A stretch of DNA of 64,000 nucleotides from a virus, in the IMG/VR virus record IMGVR_UViG_3300005683_000016, positions 32,001-96,000 of that record, one strand, 5' to 3'. The notes under the pieces are model-generated. The model saw only the letters and a list, made by a program, of their open reading frames with translations. It made no database searches and was not told the origin of the DNA. Positions 32,626 to 42,132 of this stretch are shown here, piece by piece; the stretch's first letter is position 1; the number at the start of each line of letters is the position of its first letter. Both the position numbers and the translations under genes were made by a program.

Positions 32626-33355
32626 TTGAATTAAATTCTGTTGGTGAATAATTAGATGTGTTTCTTCCTTGCCAGTTAGATCCCCATTTAGCATCGTGAG
32701 ACTCTAAATGAATACCTACTATTTCAGGGATTAAAATTCGTTTTTCTCGTGACCATTGATTAGTAAAAACCAAATCACAGTGATCTGCTCCTACACAATC
32801 ATTGGGGTATTCTTTGAATTGACTCTTGTGAGCAAGTTGAAAAAACCCTAAAGGTTTCCATCCTGTGAACTTTCCGTTTTCTCCCTGTTGTCCATAATAG
32901 TGAGAGATTCTTGCTCCTACTTCATACTCAGAGAGATTCATCAACCAATTGTCTAAAATCAGGGAAGGGTTATTACAATAATTAAACCACTGCTCAAAAG
33001 ATTTTAAGTTAATTCGATCTGTACCATAAAGACACTCTTTGTCTAATTTAAGAGAATCCAGTACTCTTTTGGTAATGTTAGGTAAAGCAATGTCTACGTC
33101 TAAAAATAAAACCCAATCTGTTGAAGATTTTTCCAAACCTACGTTGATTCCGTTGAACTTTTTAAATGTATCTCCTTCGTAAAAAGCATCTGTTTGAACT
33201 ACAGTGTAACCTTGAGACAAGGCTATATTTTTAGTTTTGAAATCTTTAGTGTCAGTTACTATGATCCACTTGGAAAATAGTCCTTTGTTTGCTAATGCTG
33301 TCCAAGCGAAAAAATCTGAATAGTTTACACAGACACTAATTGCTGTAAGATTCAT
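32609..33355 (-). CDS. GT-A fold (family 2-like) glycosyltransferase
   Basis: 'TAISVCVNY', 'IN.GL', DxD motif in 'WVLFLDVDI', 'GFFQL', 'HL' near the C-terminus. Confidence 0.75.
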   Translation of the reverse strand: MNLTAISVCVNYSDFFAWTALANKGLFSKWIIVTDTKDFKTKNIALSQGYTVVQTDAFYEGDTFKKFNGINVGLEKSSTDWVLFLDVDIALPNITKRVLDSLKLDKECLYGTDRINLKSFEQWFNYCNNPSLILDNWLMNLSEYEVGARISHYYGQQGENGKFTGWKPLGFFQLAHKSQFKEYPNDCVGADHCDLVFTNQWSREKRILIPEIVGIHLESHDAKWGSNWQGRNTSNYSPTEFNSNAGYC

Positions 33356-33357
33356 AT

Positions 33358-33612
33358 TTAATTTTCAAACGTTATTAGTTGTGAAATTTGTGATGCGTAA
33401 TATGGCATTCTTGATAGTTTGATTATATCGTTTTTTTGTGCTTGAAGATGTACATATTGTTTACCAAATTCTTTTTGCACATTAATAATTACAAGAATGT
33501 CATCCTTTTGAAACATGTTAGAGATCAATACTCTTTGAAATCCTAATAAACTCAAAATGTGTATTACTTTATCTTCAGATAACCCAATCCATTCTGTTAA
33601 GTAATTATCCAT
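33358..33612 (-). CDS. Hypothetical protein
   Basis: 84-aa ORF packed in the operon. Confidence 0.55.
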   Translation of the reverse strand: MDNYLTEWIGLSEDKVIHILSLLGFQRVLISNMFQKDDILVIINVQKEFGKQYVHLQAQKNDIIKLSRMPYYASQISQLITFEN

Positions 33613-34351
33613 TCTTCTTTTTAAAGTGATTAAGTAAAGTGTGAACTTCTTTTTTTAGATAGTCTATAGGGTAGTCTTGGGTATTTATTACTTTTCCATT
33701 CTCCATAATAAGATGTTCTATTACCATTTCTCCAGGTTTCATTTCAGGGTTAGATCTAAGTAGCAAATAAAGATAAAGTGAAAGTTGTAAAGAATAATGA
33801 TTAAAGTTACAATCTTCAAGGTGGCTAAGAGGTGGAGACATTTTTTTATATGTCCCGTCCCAAGACTTAAATCCTCGCATAACTATTTTTTCAGAAGTCT
33901 TGTAATCATATATATTAATAGTATTGTTTATTACCTCTATTCTATCGGCTTGCCCTGCTACTTTATAGTAAAGATCAAAGATTAATTTCTCTATATAAAT
34001 AGTATTGTTGTCAAGTTTTAATGATGTCGCACATTTATTATTACAATCATTAGCACTGTCCCATTTGATTAAAAGTTCACAATTATCTTTTGTAATTTTA
34101 CCAAGGGATTTATAGAAATTCTCTTTTTCAAGATGAACAGCAGTGCCTTGAATCTGACTGTTAAGTTTTTTATCAGCCCATTCTTTCAGTAATTCTTCCT
34201 TACTAATACCAATTTTTTTGGCCTTTTTTTCTGCTTCTAAGTCCCAATTTACAATTGGTTTTACTGTGTTTATTAATGAAGTACATGAAGTAAGTATTGT
34301 GTTTGTAGTTGTTTCTCTGTATGTATGGGTATTTTCAATAAATTCAACCAT
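33605..34351 (-). CDS. PD-(D/E)XK (RecB/Cas4-like) nuclease
   Basis: GTAVH, E, AGQAD, IYDYKT and Y.LQLSLY motifs. Confidence 0.85.
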   Translation of the reverse strand: MVEFIENTHTYRETTTNTILTSCTSLINTVKPIVNWDLEAEKKAKKIGISKEELLKEWADKKLNSQIQGTAVHLEKENFYKSLGKITKDNCELLIKWDSANDCNNKCATSLKLDNNTIYIEKLIFDLYYKVAGQADRIEVINNTINIYDYKTSEKIVMRGFKSWDGTYKKMSPPLSHLEDCNFNHYSLQLSLYLYLLLRSNPEMKPGEMVIEHLIMENGKVINTQDYPIDYLKKEVHTLLNHFKKKNG

Positions 34352-34353
34352 TT

Positions 34354-35109
34354 TTAAATATATTTAAAATAATATTTATTTACACGATAACCAAGGTTAA
34401 TTGATTTTTCAATTCCTCTTCTTAATATATTTAAATCTTCTACTGCATATTTTATAGAAAAATAACACATAATAGGAGTTTTATTTAAATCCATACATAA
34501 AATCCTTTTTCCATATAAAAAGGCAGTATTCCAGCGAAAAGGATTTATTTTATCTCCCTTATATTCTTTATACCATCTAAACCCGGCAGATGTTTTTGTT
34601 CTAAGTGAAATACGTTTGTTTAGTATTTTAACTGCGTCTGAATGACTTTCCCACTTTTTTATGAAATCACCTGCTAAACTATATTGATATATAGGAATTT
34701 TTGTGTGAGATTTGTCTCTAAACTTTGTATTTTTTAATTTTTTGTATTTTTCAATATCTATTTTTACTCCCTTCAAACTGTCTCCACCATTTGTTAAATT
34801 TGCAAGAATTCCTGTTTTATTATCTATTCTACCATAAAGTTTAATAAATTCGATTTCCTTTTGTAAAATAAACTCATAATCATTGGACTCTAATATTATT
34901 TCTACTCTGTAGTCATTGTTATTTTTTTTAACAATCTTTTTCCAAAGATCTGATTTATTGTATAAAGAGTGTGCTCTCGTATATTCTGATTTAAAATACG
35001 CATGTTTTATCTTTTTGAAAGATTTTGTACCTACTCCAATATAAAAGGGAGTTCCTTTATCTAATCTAATATGCCGATAAAGGTAATATTTGCCAATGTC
35101 TGTTATCAT
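34354..35109 (-). CDS. GIY-YIG-superfamily homing endonuclease with NUMOD1
   Basis: YLYRHIR...FYIGVG...E.EFIKLYGR....GILANLT.GG and QYSL.G.FIK.W. Confidence 0.85.
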   Translation of the reverse strand: MITDIGKYYLYRHIRLDKGTPFYIGVGTKSFKKIKHAYFKSEYTRAHSLYNKSDLWKKIVKKNNNDYRVEIILESNDYEFILQKEIEFIKLYGRIDNKTGILANLTNGGDSLKGVKIDIEKYKKLKNTKFRDKSHTKIPIYQYSLAGDFIKKWESHSDAVKILNKRISLRTKTSAGFRWYKEYKGDKINPFRWNTAFLYGKRILCMDLNKTPIMCYFSIKYAVEDLNILRRGIEKSINLGYRVNKYYFKYI

Positions 35110-35119
35110 TATTTTTTTA

Positions 35120-35302
35120 TTATTTATTATTTACCAAAACTTCCTCCTTAGTTATTCCTCTTTCTTTAGCCTTCTTAGTTGCTATACCATCAGAATCAAA
35201 AGGTTGTTTAACCAATTCAAGAAGTTTAGATACTGAGGTAAAAGAGATTTCGGAATTATTTTGTAAAACATACTGGTGTGATTCTGGAATAAAAATGATC
35301 AT
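35120..35302 (-). pseudogene. Orphaned N-terminal fragment of the PD-(D/E)XK nuclease
   Basis: 60 aa aligning with the first ~57 aa of 33605-34351 (F...H.Y...TS...L...VK...KKAK..GI.KEE.L). Confidence 0.75.
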
Positions 35303-35655
35303 TTCTTAGTTTTAGTGTATATTAAAATTGAATCTATTCGATCTATTATGTATTGGTCGTTTGATAAATAAGTTTGATCAGTCGTTTCCTTTTGAAACTC
35401 TATTCCTAAATTATAAGCCCTTTCAACTTGAAAAGAAACTGATTTAGAAAGCATATAATAAGCAAACATATAACCTATTAAAGCCCCTCCTATTAAGAAT
35501 AAGAGTTGGGATTGATGAGGTTTAGTATTTGATTGCTCTCCATACCTTTTATTGTAACCGTATTTAATTCCAAGGCCAAAGGTAAGAAATAAAAGTAATA
35601 TTACTGTTAAGCCAGAAATAACAATTAAGAATAGGTCAGGGTTTAAGTTCTCCAT
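35299..35655 (-). CDS. Two-TM membrane protein
   Basis: Two hydrophobic stretches. Confidence 0.6.
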   Translation of the reverse strand: MENLNPDLFLIVISGLTVILLLFLTFGLGIKYGYNKRYGEQSNTKPHQSQLLFLIGGALIGYMFAYYMLSKSVSFQVERAYNLGIEFQKETTDQTYLSNDQYIIDRIDSILIYTKTKK

Positions 35656-35932
35656 TTACTTTGAGTTTTTCTGTTTGACCGTTGTCAAATTCAAGAGTTA
35701 AAGAAGCACCAAAATATCCAGTCTGACCTGTTTTATCTACTGTCATAGAAACTTCAAAAGGAACTCCGGGATAAACTTCAGTGGGAGTTACTGAAGAAGT
35801 ACAAGTACAACTTTTTAGCACTTTCGTAATTCTGACGTTTGAGTGTCCATTATTAACTCCTTTGAAAATGTGAGTATAAGGAGTTTTATTAGAGATAGAA
35901 ATTCTTACGGTAGGTTGTTCAAACACTATCAT
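35636..35932 (-). CDS. DUF1573-like Ig-fold protein
   Basis: 'N.G...V.I..V..SCTCT.....V.PG' signature. Confidence 0.65.
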   Translation of the reverse strand: MIVFEQPTVRISISNKTPYTHIFKGVNNGHSNVRITKVLKSCTCTSSVTPTEVYPGVPFEVSMTVDKTGQTGYFGASLTLEFDNGQTEKLKVNGELKP

Positions 35933-35938
35933 ATTTAA

Positions 35939-36163
35939 TTAAAGTTCAATTGATTTAATTATACGTTCAAGGCTTTCTTTTGAATCTGGTTTACCATGAT
36001 ATAAAACGTTAGCAGAATCATCATAGATTAATAAAATGTTTTCTATACAATCTAAAGAAAGAGTTAAGATTTTTGTAGGTGTTTCTTTCTGGTAGTCTAG
36101 ATATTTACCTGACGCGTTGATTTGTTGGAGTCCTAAAGATTCTAAATCATCTTGTGTTATCAT
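35939..36163 (-). CDS. Hypothetical protein
   Basis: 74-aa ORF in the operon. Confidence 0.55.
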   Translation of the reverse strand: MITQDDLESLGLQQINASGKYLDYQKETPTKILTLSLDCIENILLIYDDSANVLYHGKPDSKESLERIIKSIEL

Positions 36164-36536
36164 GTTGTTTAAATTTTAATATGTCTTTTTCTGTTAGAAA
36201 CTGATATTCATTTAAAGATCCTGGAACAGGTACAAAAAATAAAGCCTCGTAAGAACCATTGTCATATAGAGAAAAAGATGCGTTTACATACTCTATAACC
36301 AATTCATCGTTGTATTTATACGCAATCGTTCCTTTTGTATAAATTTTTGTAAGAAGTACAGGCTCATTTACTATCGAATCCCCAGGATTAAATCCTATTA
36401 TTGTAAGTAGTCCTGATGTGTCATGCATCAAAGTTACATCAGGGCCTGATATTATTTGATTCCAATTTGGAGTTTGCGCTTTACTGATAATAGTACTCAG
36501 TAAACTAAGCAGGAAAAAGAATGTCTTTACGTTCAT
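36147..36536 (-). CDS. Secreted hypothetical protein
   Basis: Signal peptide ending SKA|Q. Confidence 0.6.
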   Translation of the reverse strand: MNVKTFFFLLSLLSTIISKAQTPNWNQIISGPDVTLMHDTSGLLTIIGFNPGDSIVNEPVLLTKIYTKGTIAYKYNDELVIEYVNASFSLYDNGSYEALFFVPVPGSLNEYQFLTEKDILKFKQHDNTR

Positions 36537-36559
36537 ATAATTTTTGATTAATTATGTTT

Positions 36560-37705
36560 TTAGTAATATTGTTTTAGTTGTTCGCCTTGATAAGCGTAAG
36601 TAAAAATATAATCATCTGCTTTTTTAGTTTTTCCTATTACATTACTCCTTACCTTAGACCCTTTAACACCAAACTCTCTTGCAGCACTTTGAGTTGAGAC
36701 ACACGATTTGATATAAAGTTTTGTTACAGCATCATACACAAACGTAGTCTTAGCGGTTTTTGGTAAATTAGAGTTATAAAAACCCACAGTTCCTTCTCCG
36801 CCTTTTGTGAGGTTACTTAATGTACCTAACTTGTTACTCTTTTGTCCATATAAGGCAATGAATTCAATTTCTTTCTTTTTTATAAACGCATAATTATCAG
36901 ATTCCATGATAATTTCTACTTGATATACACCGTTGTTTTTATTGACTATATCATTCCATATTTTGTTTCTCTTTCCTTTTGTAAAGGCTCTTTTATAGTC
37001 ATTTGAGTAACATTCAAGGCTATATGTATAATTAATTTTTTTACCAATTCCTATATAAAATACTTCATTTTTGTCAGGGCGAATATGTCGATATAAATAA
37101 TATTCTCCATTTTCCATTTCATAATTACCTTCAACTTTATGTATTTCCAAGTTAGACAATTTTGGAACATATCTATTCAGAGTCTTTCTTTGTATATTTA
37201 TGTTTTCATCTTGTCCTTCACGGATATAGAAACCAAAACAAGTACCGTTTGTTTTTAAACACTGAGTAACTGAAGAACAGGTACAATTTAAATAAATTCT
37301 ACACTGTTTGACTGACGTAAATGTTTTTTCTTTAATTCCATTTTTATTATAAATACTAATAATTTTTCGTTTTTCTTTCCTTTCATAAGGAAGTATAGAT
37401 ACTCCTTCAAATTTATCTTTCCAAATAAAACCTCCTATACTTTTTTTATTTTTTAAACCGCCTACTTTTATATTAAGTATTTTCTTAACGTCTGACCTTT
37501 TTTCCCAATACTTAATAAACGTTCCGTCTAAACCATACTGATAAACATCTTTGCTCCATACATCTATACAAGTCCATCTTGGATTTTTTGTTTTTAGTCT
37601 TTCTGAGGCTTTTGGATTAGACCTGCCTTTAGAAACACGTCCGTCTTTATTTGGATTATTCAACTTCATCCTTTCTGAAAGTTTCTTTCTCTGTTCGTTT
37701 GTCAT
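36560..37705 (-). CDS. Homing endonuclease (NUMOD repeats plus GIY-YIG-like domain)
   Basis: N-terminal NUMOD3/NUMOD1-like motifs; C-terminal YLYRHIR..FYIGIG..NLTKGGEG related to 34354-35109. Confidence 0.8.
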   Translation of the reverse strand: MTNEQRKKLSERMKLNNPNKDGRVSKGRSNPKASERLKTKNPRWTCIDVWSKDVYQYGLDGTFIKYWEKRSDVKKILNIKVGGLKNKKSIGGFIWKDKFEGVSILPYERKEKRKIISIYNKNGIKEKTFTSVKQCRIYLNCTCSSVTQCLKTNGTCFGFYIREGQDENINIQRKTLNRYVPKLSNLEIHKVEGNYEMENGEYYLYRHIRPDKNEVFYIGIGKKINYTYSLECYSNDYKRAFTKGKRNKIWNDIVNKNNGVYQVEIIMESDNYAFIKKKEIEFIALYGQKSNKLGTLSNLTKGGEGTVGFYNSNLPKTAKTTFVYDAVTKLYIKSCVSTQSAAREFGVKGSKVRSNVIGKTKKADDYIFTYAYQGEQLKQYY

Positions 37706-37991
37706 AGTGATTTAAATTTTTCCATTCTTCTTTTGAAAGCATTTTACCATAACAAGGAGGGTCGTTTTCACAAGCATCGTCACTTAGAAATTTTTCAGGG
37801 GTGGAACAGCCACAATGTTTACATTCTCCTAACTCCAAGCATTCTTTAGCCATCTCACATCTATAAATAAACTGTTCTTCAATGTGAGCAGGAAGAGCAC
37901 CTGGATATATTTCTTTTAGTAAGGTTCTATAGTGTCCTTGAATAAATCCTTTAATGTTCTTTAGTGTAAAATTTTTTGATGTAATCTTCAT
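37656..37991 (-). CDS. Cys-rich (Zn-binding) conserved protein
   Basis: C..G.C..CGC...C....C pattern. Confidence 0.6.
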   Translation of the reverse strand: MKITSKNFTLKNIKGFIQGHYRTLLKEIYPGALPAHIEEQFIYRCEMAKECLELGECKHCGCSTPEKFLSDDACENDPPCYGKMLSKEEWKNLNHYDKRTEKETFRKDEVE

Positions 37992-38400
37992 AATCTTCTT
38001 TTAATAGGAATTTTAAAATTTCATCCTTTCTTGAATCAGAGTTGTGTTTGTCGTAATATTCAGTCTTTCTTATTACTGTTTGTTTTCTTTTTTCAGACTT
38101 TATCCTCGGTCTTGTTTTTGCAAACTCTAAAAGGGATTCGAGATTGGTTTTCTTCTCTTCTAACTTAGGTAAGGGATTAGACCTTAATTTTTTGTTGATT
38201 TTATTAATCTCTCGTTGGACTAAGTTTTCAGAAAGTACAAACGTTCCCCATAATGATGCTATTTCTGGTTTAGATGGAGTTTGAATTTGTTTTAAAAGAG
38301 ACTCCCAATAAATATCTACCAACTCTTTGATTAAGTCTGAATTTTTCTCTGGATATTTATCTATGAGATTTTGAATAACATCTTCTGTTTTTAGTACCAT
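37951..38400 (-). CDS. HU/IHF-like hypothetical protein
   Basis: Two N-terminal helices then 'WGTF'; basic composition. Confidence 0.45.
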   Translation of the reverse strand: MVLKTEDVIQNLIDKYPEKNSDLIKELVDIYWESLLKQIQTPSKPEIASLWGTFVLSENLVQREINKINKKLRSNPLPKLEEKKTNLESLLEFAKTRPRIKSEKRKQTVIRKTEYYDKHNSDSRKDEILKFLLKEDYEDYIKKFYTKEH

Positions 38401-38401
38401 T

Positions 38402-38779
38402 TTATTTACGATAATACTTGTGATAAACTTCGTCTGAGTTGGGGTCGAGAGTAACTATAGAAATTTGAATAAAATCTTCCGTTAGAAGTTTGATGTTCGG
38501 GTTTAAAGTAAGAGTGTATTTACCCTTTTCTATTTGAGTTTTAATAATATATCCTCTTTGGACTAAAGAGGAGATAGCGTTAGTTACTGATTTGGGATGA
38601 GTGAAGATTCTATCAGTTAATAATAGGTGTTGAGAATCTATCCCGTGAATATAAATATACGCTAAAATAGTGATGTCTGTTTGAGACAGAGTAGGAAGTC
38701 CACCATTAATAATGTTGTTTAGTTGAAACCGATAGAACTCGATTGGTGATAGTTTGTATTCTCTTTTTATTTTCTGCAT
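38402..38779 (-). CDS. Winged-helix DNA-binding protein
   Basis: 'SVTNAISSLVQRGYIIK...LNP' wHTH pattern. Confidence 0.55.
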   Translation of the reverse strand: MQKIKREYKLSPIEFYRFQLNNIINGGLPTLSQTDITILAYIYIHGIDSQHLLLTDRIFTHPKSVTNAISSLVQRGYIIKTQIEKGKYTLTLNPNIKLLTEDFIQISIVTLDPNSDEVYHKYYRK

Positions 38780-38784
38780 ATATC

Positions 38785-39066
38785 TTAGAAGTAGTCTTGT
38801 TTGTTTTTACGTTGAGTCTTAAGTGCTTTTTTAGTCTTGGAGTCTACGTTAAGAATGTTTAAGTCTTCAGCAGAGAACAAGATTCTAACCATGTTTACAT
38901 TAAATTTAGTAGAAAGGTGTTCTGCTTGTTTTAGGTTAAGGTTCCATTTTTTTCTTTTAATCTCGCTTAGAACATAAGTATAGGTGAGATCTTTTTCGAG
39001 GGCTTGATTAATAAGAGTATCTAAATCTTGCATTTTGTTATTTTTAATTTGGATAAAGTAAATCAA
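38785..39066 (-). CDS. Hypothetical protein (possible HTH)
   Basis: ORF in the operon; the real start may be MQDLD. Confidence 0.5.
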   Translation of the reverse strand: MIYFIQIKNNKMQDLDTLINQALEKDLTYTYVLSEIKRKKWNLNLKQAEHLSTKFNVNMVRILFSAEDLNILNVDSKTKKALKTQRKNKQDYF

Positions 39067-39382
39067 TGTATTCTACGTTATTTCCCAAGATGTCTGTTTC
39101 ATCATCTTCTTCTTTTAGTTCTGCTATGATAGGACAAAGATAAGGTAAGTCTGATTTAGGAAAGTCTGAGTAGAGATAGTTCATTAAATAATGAGCGTCT
39201 TTGTAAGACTTGGATAAAATATCTTGTGCCATAACTGCTATTTTTAAATCTTTGGTGGGACTCCACCAACCTATCTGAATAGCGTATTTATAGTAACCGT
39301 TTACTTGAATTGGGTTTTCCATCTGTTTTATTAAGAGCCTGTTGAAAAATATAACTTGATAGATAGGCAAGAGGTTCGTCAT
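39044..39382 (-). CDS. Hypothetical protein
   Basis: ORF in the operon; the real start is probably MENPIQ. Confidence 0.5.
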   Translation of the reverse strand: MTNLLPIYQVIFFNRLLIKQMENPIQVNGYYKYAIQIGWWSPTKDLKIAVMAQDILSKSYKDAHYLMNYLYSDFPKSDLPYLCPIIAELKEEDDETDILGNNVEYIDLLYPN

Positions 39383-39671
39383 TTCCTCTTTGAATCCCTA
39401 CTCCTACTTCACCGAGAATCCAATTGGCGGCGTGGATACATTCGTGATGTAGATGTTGAAGAAAAGTCTTGTTTCTTTCTAAGAGAATTATAGCAGATTG
39501 ATAACTACTGTATTCATTTGGGAGCAGGGTAAGTGCTCCAAACTTTGACATATCAAGGTCTACTTTTGTTTTTAATAACTTTTCGCATTCTTCTTTAGAT
39601 TCTTGAAGAGTTTTATTAACAAAAAAATATACCGTGTACGGATAAATATGACATTTTACATTAAAATTCAT
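39288..39671 (-). CDS. HExxH metallopeptidase-like protein
   Basis: HHECIHA...DEPLAY. Confidence 0.6.
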   Translation of the reverse strand: MNFNVKCHIYPYTVYFFVNKTLQESKEECEKLLKTKVDLDMSKFGALTLLPNEYSSYQSAIILLERNKTFLQHLHHECIHAANWILGEVGVGIQRGNDEPLAYLSSYIFQQALNKTDGKPNSSKRLL

Positions 39672-39987
39672 TAGATAGTTGTTTTGCTTTCTCTTCTAAC
39701 TCGATTAACAGTAGAGGAGATATATTAGTTTTTAACAGATCAAGAAGGATTTCATTGTAAGACTTTTTAGTTTTTAAGTAGTTAATTCGAGACTGTATTT
39801 GTTGTTTGAGAATGATTTGAAGTTTTCTTGCTGACTTGGTTTTAGAGTCAGGAACCCTTTCTATGGCTATAGAGAGGGTGATTAGATTTTCTTCCACTTT
39901 AAGAAGCCACTCTTTTAGTTTAAAGATGTCGTACTCTTTATTGACATCTTCGGTTGAAATGTTTAGAAATTTATTATAGATGTTCAT
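39661..39987 (-). CDS. Hypothetical helical protein
   Basis: 108-aa ORF. Confidence 0.55.
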   Translation of the reverse strand: MNIYNKFLNISTEDVNKEYDIFKLKEWLLKVEENLITLSIAIERVPDSKTKSARKLQIILKQQIQSRINYLKTKKSYNEILLDLLKTNISPLLLIELEEKAKQLSNEF

Positions 39988-40001
39988 TCTATGGGTTTAG
40001 A

Positions 40002-40460
40002 TTAACAGTTAGGACACTCCACTTCTAAAATGTATTTTAACATTTTATCTCTTTCAGATTGGGATCGTTTCCAAACATAACGAGGATTAACTCTGTATAG
40101 TCCAGTAGCAACTCTAATGACAATTCCTTTCTTTGTAAGTGTGGTTAAACAGTTATTAATAGTCTGAATATGTAAGGTGGAGGATTTTGCAATCTCTTCT
40201 TTAACGTATAGAGGAAGAGCAATTTTATTCTCACCATCACACATCATGGATAAATGAAGAAGGAGACGAGACTCTGCTAAAGAGAGTTTATCTATAATAC
40301 CATTGATTGAGTAGTAGAGTTGATAGAATTCTTTTTCGTTATTAACGAGAATTGTTCTGGATTTAGAATCAGATTTAGTTTCTATTAATTCTCCTGTCTC
40401 TGAATCTATAACTTGTAGAGACTCTTTGGTTGTTTCTACTTTTTTTAGATAGGGTTTCAT
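40002..40460 (-). CDS. RepL-like winged-helix protein
   Basis: 'IDSETGE' N-terminus and 'TINNCLTTL.KKG....G.YRVNP.YVW'. Confidence 0.7.
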   Translation of the reverse strand: MKPYLKKVETTKESLQVIDSETGELIETKSDSKSRTILVNNEKEFYQLYYSINGIIDKLSLAESRLLLHLSMMCDGENKIALPLYVKEEIAKSSTLHIQTINNCLTTLTKKGIVIRVATGLYRVNPRYVWKRSQSERDKMLKYILEVECPNC

Positions 40461-40495
40461 TACTTATTTAGAGTAGTTAAATTACTTGAACGATG

Positions 40496-40503
40496 CAAAT
40501 ATA
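40496..40503 (-). promoter_or_regulatory. Bacteroidota -7 element (TATATTTG)
   Basis: TAnnTTTG upstream of the RepL-like gene. Confidence 0.65.
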
Positions 40504-40563
40504 AGTAATGAAATTAATTTTACAAAGTAATCTTAGGTATATTTTTCGTAAAATCACTAAATC

Positions 40564-40623
40564 ATTACTTGGGAAAGTAATCCCGTATAGTCTGAGACAT
40601 AATGGGATTACTTGGGAAAGTAA
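40564..40623. repeat. Two exact 17-bp quasi-palindromic direct repeats ATTACTTGGGAAAGTAA
   Basis: Copies at 40564-40580 and 40607-40623; half-sites ATTACTT/AAGTAAT also occur near 40481, 40503 and 40526. Confidence 0.85.
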
Positions 40624-40729
40624 CCCTAACACTGCTTTTACAGAGACAGATATTTGGTTGTCAGTTAGTTAAAACAATTTTCCCCGTATTTGTTCTTATA
40701 TATGTATTACACCTATTTTTCTAACTAAA

Positions 40730-41941
40730 TTACAAAACGTGTTTAACCGTTTTAAACTTAAGACCTTTGTAATGTTTTTTACCTTCGTAAAGAACCTTTT
40801 CGATTGCTTTTCTTTTGAACTCTGGATGTTTAGATATAAAATCATTGATGGAAGGATATTCAGTTTCGGTATCTCCATTTATTACAATTAGTTTTACTTT
40901 AGGCGCATTTGATGTATTTACCCTAAACTTAACTGACTCTAATTTATCTTCATAAGCAAAAGGATATTGAAGAGTGGGAAGTCCTTTACATAAAATAGTC
41001 CGCAAAGAACTTTCGTTTAAATCGTGCTCTATAAGTAAATGCTTAACCGAAGCATATCTTTTTAAAATATTTTTATCTTGATCTATGTGAAGAACGTTGG
41101 TGGTTTTTTTTCTTATTGTATATAGTTCATTAGGATCATATTCTTTTTCTGGAACAAAGATTAATCCTTTAGTAGATCGCTGTCCTTCTTTACCATATAG
41201 AATTCTTTCTAAAGCATTTACAGATACTTGGGGATAAGTGTCTCTAATCTCTTTAGGAGAAGTAAAGGTTTTAATTATTTCTGAAGAATCAGGTTTGATC
41301 TGGAAAATGTTTCCTAATGAAGTAAAAAGTTGAACTTCAAATTCTTCTTTAGTGACTATTCTATAAGGGTTGAGAAAAAGATATACGTCTTTCACTAAAC
41401 CTGTTTCTTTAGATGTTAAGATTATTTTGAGTTTATTGTTACTCTTTCTATCTAAGAAAATAGAATGAGTGTCTTTGAATTTTAAAGTACGTTCTATAAT
41501 ATTGGTTTTAATAGAATCTTCTATGCCATCGAGTGTTTTTAACTTTGAATAATGTTCAAAGTTTTTCTCAGACATTCTCTTCTGCTTACGTTCTCTTTCT
41601 TGTATATGCCATTCTGCATTAAAAGTACCCTGGATAGCCGATTGAAAATTATACCCCCCACCCACTTTTAAGGACTCATAATAATCCATCCAGTAATCTT
41701 CTCTTTCGTTTAAGAGAGATTTATTATTAGGGTCAATAAGTTCTAATATCCTAAACACAAATGCTTGTTCTCCATACTTATTCCAAGAAGATTGTAAATA
41801 AGTATTACCGTGTATTCCTTTTCTTAGAGAAGATCTATGTTGTGACCACCTCGAAGTAATATTTACACTTTGACCAATGTAACGTTTGTTGTTTTCTAAA
41901 TTAAGAATTTCGTAGATACCTGATTTTGCTTTGTGTGTCAT
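40730..41941 (-). CDS. GIY-YIG homing endonuclease
   Basis: Likely start MTHKAKSGIYEI...RYIGQS...RW.QH...LQ.SWNKYG. Confidence 0.88.
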   Translation of the reverse strand: MTHKAKSGIYEILNLENNKRYIGQSVNITSRWSQHRSSLRKGIHGNTYLQSSWNKYGEQAFVFRILELIDPNNKSLLNEREDYWMDYYESLKVGGGYNFQSAIQGTFNAEWHIQERERKQKRMSEKNFEHYSKLKTLDGIEDSIKTNIIERTLKFKDTHSIFLDRKSNNKLKIILTSKETGLVKDVYLFLNPYRIVTKEEFEVQLFTSLGNIFQIKPDSSEIIKTFTSPKEIRDTYPQVSVNALERILYGKEGQRSTKGLIFVPEKEYDPNELYTIRKKTTNVLHIDQDKNILKRYASVKHLLIEHDLNESSLRTILCKGLPTLQYPFAYEDKLESVKFRVNTSNAPKVKLIVINGDTETEYPSINDFISKHPEFKRKAIEKVLYEGKKHYKGLKFKTVKHVL

Positions 41942-42132
41942 GTTATATGTTTTTGATTGCGGGGGTAAAGGTACAAAAAAATAAGAAGGGTGTATGGATT
42001 TTAACATTTTGTTATGCTTGTAAGATAGCATAAGTTTAGCCTCATCCCCCTCACCCATCCTCAATTTGATCTCCTACGCCCCCTATGGGTTATTTGGAGA
42101 TCATATTTTTTCACATGAAAATTTCCAGCAAC

